Part shown: positions 14,161-27,262 of the stretch, piece after piece | How positions within the stretch are numbered: position 1 is the stretch's first letter | How the letters are laid out: the number at the start of each line of letters is the position of its first letter | Translations under genes and position numbers: made by a program | Notes under the pieces: model-generated | What the model saw: the letters and a program-made list of their open reading frames with translations, nothing else | Told to the model about the DNA's origin: nothing | Databases searched by the model: none | NCBI GenBank assembly: GCA_964016885.1 | Contig: OZ024742.1 | Span: 162,130,001 to 162,194,000, forward strand | DNA length: 64,000 bases | Direction of reading: 5' to 3' | Source of the DNA: Eledone cirrhosa | Taxonomy: Eukaryota

Positions 14161-14909
14161 TATATGAAACCATATACAATATGTCTATGTATAATAAATA
14201 CATAGTATATAAAATCATATACCCCGCCATTTAAAAAAAATGATATTTAAGACCACCCACCCACGCACGCACGCACGCACGCACGCACACACACTTACCC
14301 TTGATCACATAGAAAAAAGATGATCACTCCATTTTAGGTTTTCCTCAAGATGCCTTGCAATGGGATTGAACTCCGAGTCTCATAATTGCCAAATAAACCT
14401 CTGACGTAAATTTACATTGATATTAATTTCAGATAGGAGAGAGAAAAAACCAGAAATAGTGGAACTTTCCACCAGGAAGTCTGTATTGTTTGATTATAAT
14501 TCATTTTAGTCTTGCTAGCAGTGAATAGCATCTGCAGAAGACATAAGATGGCAGATGGTTTAATCTCAAGCATGTTGATTGAACAAGCAATAGAAGAATC
14601 AATAGATAATGCCTATAGTGATCAATAATTGATAATAATGGTCAGCACTGTAATAACAAGAGCTTTATTTACCTGTGACTTGTGATCAATAAATAAATCA
14701 CTAAACATCTTTTCCACATAACAGAATTGTGGAAATATCCAAATGATGTTAAGACCTGTAACATGATTTGATGTAGGTGAGTATGGACTGTGTAGTGGAA
14801 AATTCAGGCTTAGTAATTTTTTTAGTGCGGTCATATCAAGAAATGTCAAAAACTAAGTTTGTCAGCTTTTCAAACTATAAGTTAATATTATTTTATTTGG
14901 GAGAAGGGG

Positions 14910-15145
14910 GTGCACATTGTAGCCTAGGGCTCTAAATACCCATACACACATTGTAGAGTTAGCTTAGGGTGCTAAATACTTGGACATACATTATAGAGTT
15001 AGCTTAGGGTGGTAAATATCCAGGTACACATTGTAGAGCTATAGTAGGGTGCTAAATAACCAGGTGCACACTGTAAAACTAGCCTAGAGTGTCAAATACT
15101 CAGGTACACATTATAAAGCTAGCATAGGGTGCTGAATATCCAAGT
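14910..15145. repeat. ~40-bp minisatellite, about 6 degenerate units
   Basis: CACATTGTAGAGTTAGCTTAGGGTGCTAAATA repeated. Confidence 0.8.
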
Positions 15146-15351
15146 GCTGGATCTGGACACAGTTGCATATAAAAATAGAGGAGTGAGCTAACGATTTTTC
15201 ACCCTTATAATAAGCTATAATATTTTTACATAGTCACTGGGTAATAAACCATTGGCTATGTTTATGATGGCTCCAGGCACTTTTAGGGGAGCTTGTTTGC
15301 AAAATTGATAAGTCTAATTGCAGCAGCTTGTCCTACTAAAATAATATTTAA

Positions 15352-15548
15352 CCCTTTAGCATTTACATTACTCTAGATATACTATTATATTTTTATGATA
15401 TTTTCACATAATATCGAATCTATGAGATTATGATATTATTTTGAGAACAATACTTTAACATCAGTGTGAGCGGCTGGTTACAGCTGGTTTGAACAGAAAG
15501 AAGTTAGAGAATTCTGGCCGGATATGGCCAATTTAAATGCTTAAAAGG
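15352..15548 (+). mobile_element. piggyBac-type MITE
   Basis: TTAA flanks; same TIR and internal sequence as the 9195 copy. Confidence 0.8.
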
Positions 15549-16824
15549 TTAATAATAGACACCAGTCCCTATCTTGGTTGTAAGTTTCAAACAAACACAT
15601 TAATCCTTATCTAAACTACTGTTATACTACAGATCTAAGATGAAATATGTAAAACATATTCTTACATTTGTTACGGTCTATATGTACTTATATCAACATC
15701 ATCATCATCATTATTTTAAAGCCGGCTTCAACACTGGGATGGATTAGACAGGTTGTCACAGTCCAATGCTAGATGAGTTGTAGAGAACTCATCTTACTCA
15801 CATTCCATGTTTGGCCAAGTTTCTACAGATGAATGCCCTTCCAAAAGTCAATCACTTTACAGAGTGTACCCAGTGCAATTTATTGTGGTAACAACACCAC
15901 CTCTATAATGAGTGTACTGAGTACATTTGCCCATGGCACCAGCACGATTACATTACAGGCTGTATTTGGGGCAGTTTATTGTAACTAGAGAGGTTGTCAT
16001 AGGCTTGGCCAGATTAAAGAGTCCTTTCTACCTTGTTTGGCAAGTTTTCTACAGCTAAGAGAGGGGGGGGGGTGAGAGAAAGAGAGGGGGGATGAGAGAA
16101 AGAGAGGGGGGGGAATGAGAGAAAGAGCGAGAGAGAGAAAGAGTGAGAGAGAAAGAGCCAGTGAGAGAAAGAGATATGAGGGGGGGGATGAATAAACCGT
16201 GTATTAAGCATCTGTAAGCTATAAGTCAGAGGTCATAAGTCACTTATCAAAGTATTTCAAAACATCTCAGCTCCTTTGAAAGATAACCTGTCATAACATT
16301 GTTACTCTGACAAAGTCTACCATAATATTTATTGAGCCAATATATGATATATACCATATTATTTACTGGGACAATCATCATCATCGTTTAATGTCCATTT
16401 TTCATGCTTACATGGATTAATCAAGTTGTCACGTTATGAGTCAAGTCAGGTCCAGAGACATCTTTCTCATATAGATCTGTATTTTGGCTTGGTTTCTATG
16501 GCTGGATACCCTTCTTAACACCAACCACATTACAGTGTCAACTGGACACAGACTGGGTGTTTTTCACCATGTAACCAGCATAACCATCTTACAATGTAGA
16601 CTGGGTGCTTTTTGTCATATCACCAGCACGACCACCTTACAGTGTGGACTGGGTATTATTTGTTGTGTCACCGCATGACCACCTTATAGTGTGGACTGGG
16701 GGCTTTTTCTTGTGATACCATCATGATCACCTTACAGGACAGACTGGGTGCTTTAGTTGTGGTGGTGCCAGATCAGCATACAGGGTAGACTTTATGCTTT
16801 TTATAATGGCATGGCATTGAGGGA

Positions 16825-16886
16825 GGTCAGATGTCAAGAATGTTTAGCTTTCATTACTGAAAGCTAAACACTCTTGACATTTGACC
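16825..16886. repeat. 29-bp-arm hairpin
   Basis: GGTCAGATGTCAAGAATGTTTAGCTTTCA-TTAC-TGAAAGCTAAACACTCTTGACATTTGACC, 2 mismatches. Confidence 0.9.
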
Positions 16887-16891
16887 ATAAG

Positions 16892-17727
16892 CGAGGGGTT
16901 GCTGAAAAGTTCCTGACCTTGAGTAAAAGACAATACAGGAGGATCATTTAATTATGATTTTATTCAACACTAGCCGATTTACCCGCGCCTTGCTGCATTT
17001 CACACATTTTTTTTTGTAAGAAAATGATGATTGATTTTAAATCAGTGATATAATTTATGGAGAAAAACTCTGCATTTCAATATTACTCAATGTAAAATGT
17101 AATGCATGAAAAATTGGAAAACATTTTTTGTAATATATCAAATCAAAATTACATTATTAAATCTTATTCTTATCTTGTTTCTTGTAAATAATTTTTTTCA
17201 AATTATCAATTCCAAACTTGATCATTTCATTTTTTTGTTGATTTACGTTTAATTAATAGAAAAACCCCGTGATAATAGAGGTTCCAATACTCAAGTTATG
17301 GGCTTCCAAAATTTTCACTATAGGGGGTTTAACCCCCATTAGGGTGTCTTGATATTATTGAAATTTGCTGAAATTTTGTGAATAGGCATCATATCTTGTC
17401 ATTTACCTATGGTTTAAATTTCATATAAATCGAAGGGAAAACATTTTTGCAGGGGTTTGTGCCCCTGGGGAACCCTTTGATTAAAATGAAATATACTTAT
17501 CCAAGTACCCTGGACAATGTAGTTTCAGAATATATATGGTTATGGGGGTCTATTTCCAAAACCATAGGAGGAGTTCGTGAACAAACAAACAAACAAACAG
17601 ACAGGAACTACAACTTTATATATAGATATTCCCTTCTCAGATTCACACACTTATTGCAGTGGTCCTACCCCTTCTATAAAGGTAACAGCTCTACCCTTAA
17701 AGCCAAGAGCTTTTCAGCACCCCCTCA
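16892..17727. mobile_element. mariner-type MITE interrupted by a Helitron
   Basis: TIRs CGAGGGGTTGCTGAAAAGTTCCTG and CAAGAGCTTTTCAGCACCCCCTC. Confidence 0.7.
16970..17626 (-). mobile_element. Non-autonomous Helitron
   Basis: Minus strand starts TCTATATATAAAGTTG..TGTTTGTTTG and ends with a GC-rich subterminal stretch plus CTAG; inserted at an A|T site with no TSD. Confidence 0.8.
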
Positions 17728-18111
17728 TATATTGAGGAAATATTTACTGACATACACAATAATATATACTGAAATATCATCATCCTTATGGCAAGAATGA
17801 AAGTTTCTACTTTCATCATGAACCTTACCCATGGTAGTTAGGGTGAAGGCAGGTTTTGTGAGGTTCCTTCATCATCCTATTTCAAAGTTCTCTAGTATCA
17901 GAAATGTTGCATCATATGCAGTATGTGTGTATATAAATACATGTCATATAAACATATGTATATATTTTATTTGCCCTAGATACATATATTGAATAGAAAC
18001 AGATGTTATATTTTGGGATGGTCATGTTGCCAATATTGCCAATAAAAAAAAAAGCACTCACTATTTGATTTTCACTCCAGCTTTATTATAAGTTATGTTA
18101 TTAGTTAGTGT

Positions 18112-18154
18112 GTCAAAGTTCTTTTGTCACACATTCTGTGACCTCCTCAATGAC
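18112..18154 (-). ncRNA. Degenerate hammerhead ribozyme, same family as 59943/60137
   Basis: GTCA-TTGAGGA-GGTCACAGAATGTGTGAC-AAAA-GAAC-TT-TGAC; C3 and G12 mutated. Flanks 17995-18110 are homologous to 59770-59860. Confidence 0.65.
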
Positions 18155-18299
18155 TTTTCCTCTGTGCCTCCTCTTCTTTCTGGTCTTATTTTGCTTAGTC
18201 CACATTTGTGTATGTGTAAGTATGTATATGTGCTTATCAGTATATCTCAAAAATATAAACATCTCCAAAATGCTTGCTATCTTCTTTGCCCACTTATTC

Positions 18300-18640
18300 C
18301 CGAGAGAGTCATGAGGGCAGAGTCCTCAAGCACACCTTCCAGCAGGTCTCGTCAGAAGCAACCATTTCCAACTGATCTGGCTGGATCCCCAAGTGAGACC
18401 AGCCAAACTCATCGATGTTATCCAACCATTTTGCTCGAGGTCTACTCCTGGGTTTCCTGCCGGTTGGTTTTGCCCGTAAAATCTGTCCAGCAATTCTATC
18501 TTGAGAGATTCTAACCACATGCTCATAGTATTGGAGCTGTGATCTCAATTTTGGAGAAGTAGTAACTCTACCTGGAGTGACTCTCTGATCTCCGAGCTAT
18601 GCACTTTATTGAGTAACAGCTTCAGAGGAACCCCATTTCA
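18300..18640 (-). mobile_element. RTE-clade LINE C-terminal fragment
   Basis: RSQLQYYEHVVRI..PTGRKPRSRPRAKWLDNI resembles the RTE C-terminal R(L)RWxGHV..GxRxRGRP..W motif. Confidence 0.7.
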
Positions 18641-19386
18641 GCCACTTGTATTGGTATCTATCTAGCTATATCTCTAATCTAATGATCTTGTTACTTGCTC
18701 ACAATACTCTGAAGGAGGAATGAGGTGGGATGGGTACAGTGTGGAGCTTTAATGTGAAAAAGATTTGTATATCCTATATATAAGGTTTTTGTTTAAGACA
18801 GACTATTTAGCATAGAGATTTTCCAGGGTTTCATCAGCACTGAGATTAGAGTTTTCTGTTGCCATTATAAAATCTAGCTATATTAAGCTATGTCCATGTC
18901 CCTACACTTTCAAGTTTCTCAAGCTCTCTCTTCCATGTTCACAATCCACCCAACAGTTAACAACTCGACACTGGTATAGTGTATTTAATACAAGTTATCA
19001 AATAAAAAATTTAAGTGGCTTTAACCATGGGGGGGGGGGGGTCCTTGTGTGCAGGTGCCTCAGCCAAAACAATACGATCCTAGTTTGTGCAAGGTTCCTA
19101 GGGTCAGAGTAGTTAGCTTTATGAATAAATATGGGGTGAGAGGCATCTCCACATACTTCAAATTAGCTATATTTTCACAAAAGTATCTCCCTATAAGTTA
19201 CCACCACCCTGACTGAGCAAATGCAGTAGCAGCAGTAACAGCACCAGCTGTAGCAGCTGTTATTGTAGTATTTGTTGTCAGATATGACATATTTTAACAG
19301 TTAATGGGAGGGATGGGCTGCTTCATATATGTATATATTGATAGTGTCGTGATTTCTTCTTTTTTTTTTTAATCTACAGAGAAATA

Positions 19387-19934
19387 CGTAAATATAACAT
19401 GTTTACATCTCTACATACTATATATACAGTCTCGTAAATATAACATGTTTACATATCTACATACTATATATAGTCTCGTAAATATAACATGTTTACATCT
19501 CTACATACTATATATACAGTCTCGTAAATATAACATGTTTACATCTCTATATACTATATATACAGTCTCGTAAATATAACATGTTTACATATCTACATAC
19601 TATATATACAGTCTCGTAAATATAACATGTTTACATATCTATATACTATATATACAGTCTCGTAAATATAACGTTTACATATCTACATACTATATATACA
19701 GTCTCGTAAATATAACATGTTTACATATCTATATACTATATATACAGTCTCGTAAATATAACATGTTTACATCTCTATATACTATATATACAGTCTCGTA
19801 AATATAACATGTTTACATATCTACATACTATATATACAGTCTCGTAAATATAACATGTTTACATATCTACATACTATATATAGAGTCTCGTAAATATAAC
19901 ACGTTTACATATCTATATACTATATATACAGTCT
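19387..19934. repeat. 46-bp minisatellite, about 12 near-identical units
   Basis: CGTAAATATAACATGTTTACATCTCTACATACTATATATACAGTCT repeated head to tail. Confidence 0.95.
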
Positions 19935-20384
19935 TGCTTAAACTGAAATACAATGAAACTATATTGAGTATTGACACCTGTAAATGAGATATGGAATTAT
20001 GAATTCCAAACAGACTGTTTCACCCCCCTCCATTCTATGTGCATAATCTATCAATGACACATGTCACTGAAATGTCAAAGATAATCAAAACAATGGTTTC
20101 TGATTTAGGCACAAGGCCAGCAATTTTGGGGAGGGGAAGTCGATTAAATTGACTCCAGAGTGTGACTGGTACTTTATAATAATAATAATTGTTTCTACTT
20201 TTGGCACAAGGCCAGCAATTATCCCATTGTATTACTGGTACTTTATTTTATCAACCCCGTAAGGATGAAAGGCAAAGTTAACCTCGGCGGGATTTGAACT
20301 CCGACCTAAAGGGCCGTAACTCTTTGCAGCAAAGAATGGCGTCAGACCCTTACCGATATTGCCAACCCACAATAATAATGAAAT

Positions 20385-20700
20385 TATTGTGTACAGTACT
20401 CAGGTGCACTACAACTCATCAAAGGTGCATGTATAGTACATAGAATAACGTACAAATGTCAGGAAAGTGAACAGTGTATGCATCACGATACACACACATG
20501 CGTGTGTGTGGAGAGGTGAATATCAGGTGTAGTGTTGGTGAATTTCAGGAAGCATGGAAGTTTTGAAAGTTGTAGTGTCCTGACAGCTAACAACAGATGC
20601 AGGTAGTTTGCTCCATGCTTCAGCAACTGAGCATGAAGAAATGTTTCTGTCATGTACTGTTTTCTGATTTTGTAGAAATGCCCACGGGTGTTAGAGACAC
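20385..20700 (-). mobile_element. CR1-like LINE 3' end (a second, inverted piece at 20835-20910)
   Basis: NTRGHFYKIRKQ motif; the 3' sequence TTCAAAACTTCCATGCTTCCTGAAATTC occurs in both orientations. Confidence 0.6.
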
Positions 20701-22703
20701 CGTAAGGATGAAAGGCAAAGCTAATCTCGGTGGGATTTGAACTCAAAATGTAAAGGGACGTAACTATACTACAAACCATGTTGCCTGATGCTTTACAATA
20801 CTGTTAATCCATAAACATTAGTTGTCGGGGCACCTCATCCTTCAAAACTTCCATGCTTCCTGAAATTCGCCAATACTACACCTGATATTCCCCCCGCACG
20901 CATGTGTGTGTGATGCTCTACCGATAAATCCACCGCAAAGAGCTAGAGTTTTCCAGTGATCTCTCTAGATCAAACAGACACACACGTTGTTGGTTCTGTC
21001 ATTTTAAAAGCTGGGTGTTCCAGTTGTTTGATCCACAGAACAACTTGACCTGTACTCTTTAATGTAGTTCTCAGGGAGATCCTGTGTTACAGTGTCAGAC
21101 AAGGATAGCTCTTTTAATTACAGGTACAACTTTTTCCAGTTTAGTGAACTGGAGCAACGTGAAATTGCTGGAGCAACGTGAAATTGCTCAAGGACCTTAT
21201 GCATTACTGTGATGCAAACTCACACTTTTACAATCCCGAGACAAATACTCTAGTTACTAAGCAACACCATACAAAACACACACACACACACTATATATAT
21301 ATATATACACATACACACGCATACATACACACAAACATATATTACACACTCACAAGAAAACAAACAAGTATAACAATATAATAGAGAAGATATGAGAACT
21401 GCTTTTGTTTTGTTCTTTTTATGTTTTAAGTTTAAAAAAACCTAACTAACAATGAATACTGTGACATATCTTTTGTAAGAAGAACATTTATTGATCTTAA
21501 TGACCAATCACCACCTAGTGACTTTTGATATCACAGACTTAATTATCATATCTTAGGAAATAGACTTCTACACATCCACAACACCACCACCACACCTTCC
21601 TATCTAGTCATGAACAAGAAACAATATGGCCAAGACATGTTGCTTCTACCACTCCATTAGATGTTATGGGATCAGTAAAATAGAGGGGAAATATGAGGTT
21701 ATGAAATTCAGTTTACAGAACACTACTACTGGAATGTACAGACACTCAACCAGGAGTTGACCAGTTGAAATTTCAAATTTACTGAGAAAAAAAAATGTAA
21801 AATTTTGAAGTGCCTTGAATATATCTAAAAAAAAAACAAAAAAAAAAAAAAACAATGAAATTCCCTATCTAATTCACCCAAATCTGGTAATTGGAAACCA
21901 TGCTATATCCTGTTTCATCAAATATCTTGAACACTCATTGGAACTGACAGAGGTCCAACACACAATAAAAATAATGTCTGATTGTGAAAACTAAATTTGG
22001 GATTCATCTTTTCCAGAGTTGACCTATGTTCAACAAGTCTAGGAAATATTGTATATCAACAATCAGTATAGAAAGACAATATTTTATCTAAAAAAATGAA
22101 ATGAAAATTTACAGCTCACACTTATGCTGGCTTAGCCAACCTTCTACAAGGTTATTTTTCATAGGTTTCTTGGGGATTATGATTGAGACCCCACTCATAC
22201 TACGTTATTTTAGCTCTCATCTATGTAGGTTTAGCTGGTCTTCAAGGTTTCTTGGGTGTTTTAATGATATAGATCCCAGTCCTATCATATTGTTACAGCT
22301 CACTATGCAGGTTTAGCTGGCCTCATACAAGGTTAAATCTCAGAGAAAGTTTCTTTGGTGCTTTAATGATAGGGTTCCCAGTCTTATAATGAAAAGCAGC
22401 ATGAAATGAAGCCTCTTGTACAAGAATTGAAGTTCAATTTGTGAGTTCAAAGCCCTAACCACTAGACCACACACCATTTTCAACAAGTCTATAAAATATT
22501 GTATATTAATAATCTGTCGAATGGCAATATTTTATTTGATTGCTTAAAATAAATACACTGGAGATCAGAAGGCAAAAATAAATAAAAGTCAGCAGCAAAA
22601 TTACTTTATTAATCATCAGTAATTAATCAAATCAAATAAGCAGTAATATAGACATTGAATATTCTAGCAGTAAATATCATTTACAAGTCAAACTAATTAA
22701 ATA

Positions 22704-22735
22704 CTAGCAGCAGTACCCAGCCTTGTCTGGGTTTA
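22704..22735 (-). mobile_element. Helitron 3' terminus (host of the gypsy insertion)
   Basis: Minus strand ACCCAGACAAGGCTGGGT hairpin followed by ACTGCTGCTAG|T. Confidence 0.55.
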
Positions 22736-22772
22736 TGGAAGGTATCAGAAAAAAGTTACATAATCTATAACC

Positions 22773-23029
22773 TGTGGTTAGAAAAAGCTACCTCACTTAC
22801 CGCTTTTCACAGGCGCCGCTAGATCCCATGGCTGGTTTCTCCTCTTCCATGTGCGTACAATCCAACTCGTTAACCCGGGAGCTGCAAAACTGACGTCCAC
22901 CACGTTCCTGATCACCGCTAGAGAGAGGCCGACCTGCTGGCCCTTCCGGTCGAGCACCCTTCCGGCCAAGCACCCTTCCGGTCAAGCACTTCCCAGCTTC
23001 CGGCCACTGCACACCACACCATACCCACA
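22773..23029 (-). repeat. 3' LTR
   Basis: Near-identical to 26654-26901; adjacent to the poly-G PPT. Confidence 0.93.
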
Positions 23030-23253
23030 CGCCCCCCCCCCCCCCCTGATCTCAAGGATCAATTTCCCCCTCATCCTTCTGCATATGAAAGTCCAGGTTG
23101 GTGGTTTGCGATTTCTTTGCGATCTCCGCAGTGTTGGGGCGGCACTTTGGGTTTCCTCTTCCTCGGAGTCCGTTGACACAGTAATTCTACGGACATCCAG
23201 GACATGACATGGTACTCCGTCCACGGACACATTGTTCTGGGAATTTACGGCCA

Positions 23254-24172
23254 TCACCGTTCCCCTTCCCTATTGAGATGTGCAATGTGCTTCTGGGGGC
23301 TTAACCCAGACTTCTTCGCCCACCTGCACGAATGCATTCTCTCTCCCCACTGGCCTTGTGGTGGCGTGCACGGGTGCCGCCACTCATATCTGAATACTGC
23401 TCTGTGTGGCACCGGTTCCTCAACCTGTCCCACCCGAGGGGACATGTTGTACCAGAACACTGCCTCCATTGGTGAGATGTGGCCCCACTCCACAATTGCT
23501 TTGATCGTCCGGTGGTGTTGCTCCACGATTCCATTTCCGCCTGGCCTGTATGCTGCTCTGAAGAAACGGTCCACCTTCCATCCATCGAGCATCTCCCTCA
23601 GCGCCTCCGAGCAGAACGCTGCGCTGTTGTCCATCAGCAGTTTGTCCACAGTGCTCCGCTCCAAGAATACCTCTCTCAACGTCCGCATGATTTCCTCGGC
23701 CGTTCCAGTCTTCATCTCCCTCCGTCCCAGTCCACAGTCGACCATCGAGAGATACGTTCCCTGTCGGTAGTGTGTTACATCCACCGCCAATCGCTTCCAG
23801 TCGCGATCCACCGGGAGGCTTCCCGTTTCGTGCACACCAGGGGTGGGATCAATGGACTGACATCGGACGCAGCCGCTAACCACTCTTTGAACACTGTCTG
23901 TTAACGACCAAGTCGATTCTCCTGGCTAGGAACAGGCTCCTATCCACTCCCATGCGGTGCATGTCATGCAACCCTTTCAGATCCGACTCGGTCAGCCGAC
24001 ACACAGCAGCTATCTCCTCTTCTACCTCCTCCGGGGCTTCCATCCAGGCTTTCTTCACCCTGGTTAAAACGTCCGCCCTATTTTTCTCTGAGGGCATGAA
24101 AACTATGCTCAGCCTCAGGTCGAACTCGGTGGCCAGCTCTCCTAAAGTTCCCAGGCGGCGCTTTATCAGCAT
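23254..24172 (-). pseudogene. Integrase (frameshifted)
   Basis: HHCC remnants (LHDMHRMG..CVRCQ) and DDE core (LAVDVTH, LMDN, GNGIVEQHHRTIK). Confidence 0.9.
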
Positions 24173-24190
24173 CTCCGCCGCCCTTCTCGT

Positions 24191-25330
24191 TCACACTCTC
24201 TTCTCACTGGTGAGCACTGATCTCACCCATCTGAGTACAACAGCTGAGTCATTGCGTATCTCGATGGTGCGCAGTCCCCACCTCAGGGCGAGGTTCACCC
24301 CTCTCAACATCGCGTCCAGTTCGGCCACATTGATGTGGTTGCAGTCGTCCTTCTTCCTAAGCCAGGCTGCATCCTCGACCTCAACACCTATCTCCAACGT
24401 GACACCCAGCGTTATGCTGCTGGCATCGCACCATACGGTTCTGCGATTTAGGAACATACCAGCGCCCCTGCACTGGGTCGTCGGCCTTCACCCTCTCCAC
24501 GATCTCCTGCATCATGGCCACCGTCCTCTCTCCCACTGTCACTCCAAGTCACCCCTCCCGCTCGTCTCTTGACATAGCTGCATGCCGTCTGGAGCCACCC
24601 AGCCTACTCATACTTGAGCCCAGTTCTGGAACTTCATTTCCTCTTTGGAATACTAAGACGCCAGTCCTGTCTCGCCATAGCCCAAGTCACAGCGCGGCTC
24701 CTCCCTCCAACGCTTCTGACGGCTTCGCAGCCAGTCCATACCCCTGTAAATGGCTTGTGACCTCCGCCGCCGACACTACAGACTCGTCCACTAGGGTGTC
24801 ATCAATGTAGGAATTAGTGGTCCTCTTCATCTTGTCGGCCTTTCCCAGAATGGTCTTGAGGACCGCCGCCATGATCTTCGGTGCGGAGCTCAGCCCGAAA
24901 CGAGCCTGGTCAGGCAATATGTCCGGCCCTTATATCTGACCAGCTGATACTGCCAGAGCTTCTCATCTATATGCAATTGCAAGTATGCCGACTTTAGATC
25001 TACGATTGCGGAACCCCCCCCCCGTCATGCATCTCCACTCACGCAGGGTCTCCCCACAGACATCCGTGACCCCACCACCCGTGTAGCACGACACGTGCTC
25101 GTTCAGCTCCCAAAAATCCAGTACCGGCCTCACCTTGTTCTTCGTGGGTTGCGCCACTGCCATTAACGGCAATACTCCACACTTCACCTCCTCTTTCCAG
25201 GGAAGCAGTATGCCCTCCTCAATCCATCTCTCTACCTCTCGCTCGAACTCGCTCCTAATGTCTCCCTTCAATGTGTGTTGATAGCAGCCCACTTTGGTCT
25301 TCAGTGTTGGTGGTTCTCCCTTCCAGTACC
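24191..25330 (-). pseudogene. Reverse transcriptase and RNase H (frameshifted)
   Basis: KVRPVLDFWELN, FGLSSAP and YIDD; RNase H WCDAS..INVAELDAM..NDS. Confidence 0.9.
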
Positions 25331-25339
25331 ACTCAACAA

Positions 25340-25759
25340 CCCATCGAACACGGCCTTGAAGTCTTTGTCCTGCACAGTGTAAGCGGGGTATTTCTCCTCG
25401 TGGGCCTTCTGGTTCTCCTGTCGCGTACTCACAGCGCATACCGATGCGGTGCTGCCAAACGACACACCGACGTTGTTCACTGTGACGCCTCCTAGACGGC
25501 CAATTGCGTCCATGCCCATAACCACGCCGATCCCATCCACCACATTGTCAACTACGATGGCGCAAAGCCTTATTTTCCTTCCCTGTACCGCCATCTCCAC
25601 CTCGCTGCGACCTCGGCATTCAATTTTCCTACCGTCGACTGCTCTTATGCTGCTCTTCCCTCTCCACCTCTGTGCCATCCCCGCGGTCACCAGTGTCGTC
25701 GTACAGCCCGTGTCCACGAGGGCTCGCTGTGGCTTTCCCCTCATGAAGACTTCCACCAC
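25340..25759 (-). pseudogene. Aspartic protease
   Basis: ALVDTGCTTTLV catalytic motif and VMGMD. Confidence 0.9.
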
Positions 25760-25770
25760 GGGCAGCGCTT

Positions 25771-26527
25771 CTACTTGTAAGGGGCAACTACCAGTGCAGT
25801 AGTTCCCCTTGGATCGTTTCCCTGGTCGCAGCTAGTAGCGATGTGGCCTGGTCGCTTACACCGGTAGCATATTATTTCCGGCCTTGACTTTACAGTCTCT
25901 CGCCATGTGCGGGCCCTGGCACCTAAAACAGCGACCTCTAAACGTTCGCGAGCAACCGCGTGCCGTGGTTGTCTCCATTTCACCATTTCGCTGCCAGCTG
26001 CATTGGGCCTCTATAGTTGCTATCGCCATGACACTCTTCTTGGCATCTTCTGCTATGATGCAGGCTTGCTCCACCAGTGCACGCATCTCCATTTCTTTGT
26101 AACCCAAGACTTGCTGCAGTTTCACCGCTATGTCGTCTGGAAATCCATTTATGAACGCCAACCGCACCGTGCGTTCGCATTCCACCTGATATCCAGCCAA
26201 CATGGCCAATCGTCGTATTTCCTCTGCAAAAATGTCAACGCGTTCACCGTTCCATCTAATTCTTGCCAGCTTAGCAAAAGCGGCTAACGGTCCCTCCGCG
26301 AACGCTGCCATCATGCGCCTCTCAATCTTTTGCGCATCCCTTTGGCTGTGTTCATCCATCTCAAGGAAGAGTACCAACGCGTCCCCCTCGAGGTACAGTG
26401 CCATGAGGCCAGCCACATCTATCTTCTGTAAGCTTGCAACCAGCCAGACTTTTCGCAGCCAAGCGACAACATCGCCTTCACCGGTAAATGCCCTAATCGC
26501 TTCGCTCATTCGTAGTCTCATCGCCAT
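25771..26527 (-). pseudogene. Gag with two CCHC zinc knuckles
   Basis: CFRCQGPHMARDC and, after a frameshift, CYRCKRPGHIATSC. Confidence 0.88.
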
Positions 26528-26653
26528 ATCCTAATTTGTCTTGCAGTACGTAATAAAAAACAACAGACTCCTCTCTATTTTTCCAGTAGCTTTGTTTTCG
26601 AGAAAGTTTTTTTTTTTTTTCAATCAGATCTCAGTTTCCAGTGCCGAAATAGC

Positions 26654-26901
26654 TGGTTAGAAAAAGCTACCTCACTTACCACTTTTCACAGGCGCCGCTA
26701 GATCCCATGGCTGGTTTCTCCTCTTCCACGTGCATACAATCCAACTCATTAACCTGGGAGCTGCAAAACTGACGTCCACCACGTTCCTGATCACCGTTAG
26801 AGAGAGGCCGACCTGCTGGCCCTTCCGGTCAAGCACCCTTCCGGCCAAGCACCCTTCCGGTCAAGCACTCCCCAGCTTCCGGCCACCGCCCCATACCCAC
26901 A
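26654..26901 (-). repeat. 5' LTR
   Basis: Direct repeat of 22775-23029. Confidence 0.93.
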
Positions 26902-27072
26902 TAACCTTCTTGAAAAGATGTATCCCTCTGTTACAGCTTTGAATTAAAAATGTTTTGCTTAAAGCACCACAAGTTTAACTTGGTGGTTAGGAAAAAAACA
27001 CAAAAGGGAATGTTTATCTACAGACACCTAGCTTTAACGTTCATCAGAGCCTTTCTAAACTTACATCATTAA

Positions 27073-27262
27073 CCCTTTACCATTTATATTACTCTATATT
27101 TACTATTGTATTTTCATGGTAAACACTTTAATTCACATAATACCGAATCTATGAGATTTTGATATTTATTTTGAGAACAATACCTTAACATGAGCGGCCG
27201 GTTACAGCCGGTTTGAATAAAAAGAGGTGAGGGAATTCTGGCTGGATATGGCCGGTTTAAAT
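27073..27262 (+). mobile_element. piggyBac-type MITE, right end truncated
   Basis: TTAA|CCCTTTACCATTTA start; internal identity with the 9195 copy. Confidence 0.75.

Larger units (their letters stand above)
22773..26901 (-). mobile_element. Full-length compact Ty3/gypsy LTR retrotransposon (degenerate)
   Basis: Direct LTRs 22773-23029 and ~26654-26901, TG..CA ends, 5-bp TSD TAACC (22768-22772, 26902-26906), G-rich PPT at 23030-23047, and gag-PR-RT-RH-IN order. Confidence 0.95.

Noticed and set aside
14673-14755. Candidate minus-strand exon (TTACAG..CAG|GTAAAT)
   Set aside because: Weak pyrimidine tract, unrecognisable peptide and no partner exons.
19387-19934. CRISPR-like regular array (also 45881-46200)
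   Set aside because: Head-to-tail units with no unique spacers, no cas genes and a eukaryotic context.
22851-26942. Plus-strand ORFs of 70-206 aa
   Set aside because: Antisense shadows of the GC-rich gypsy element.
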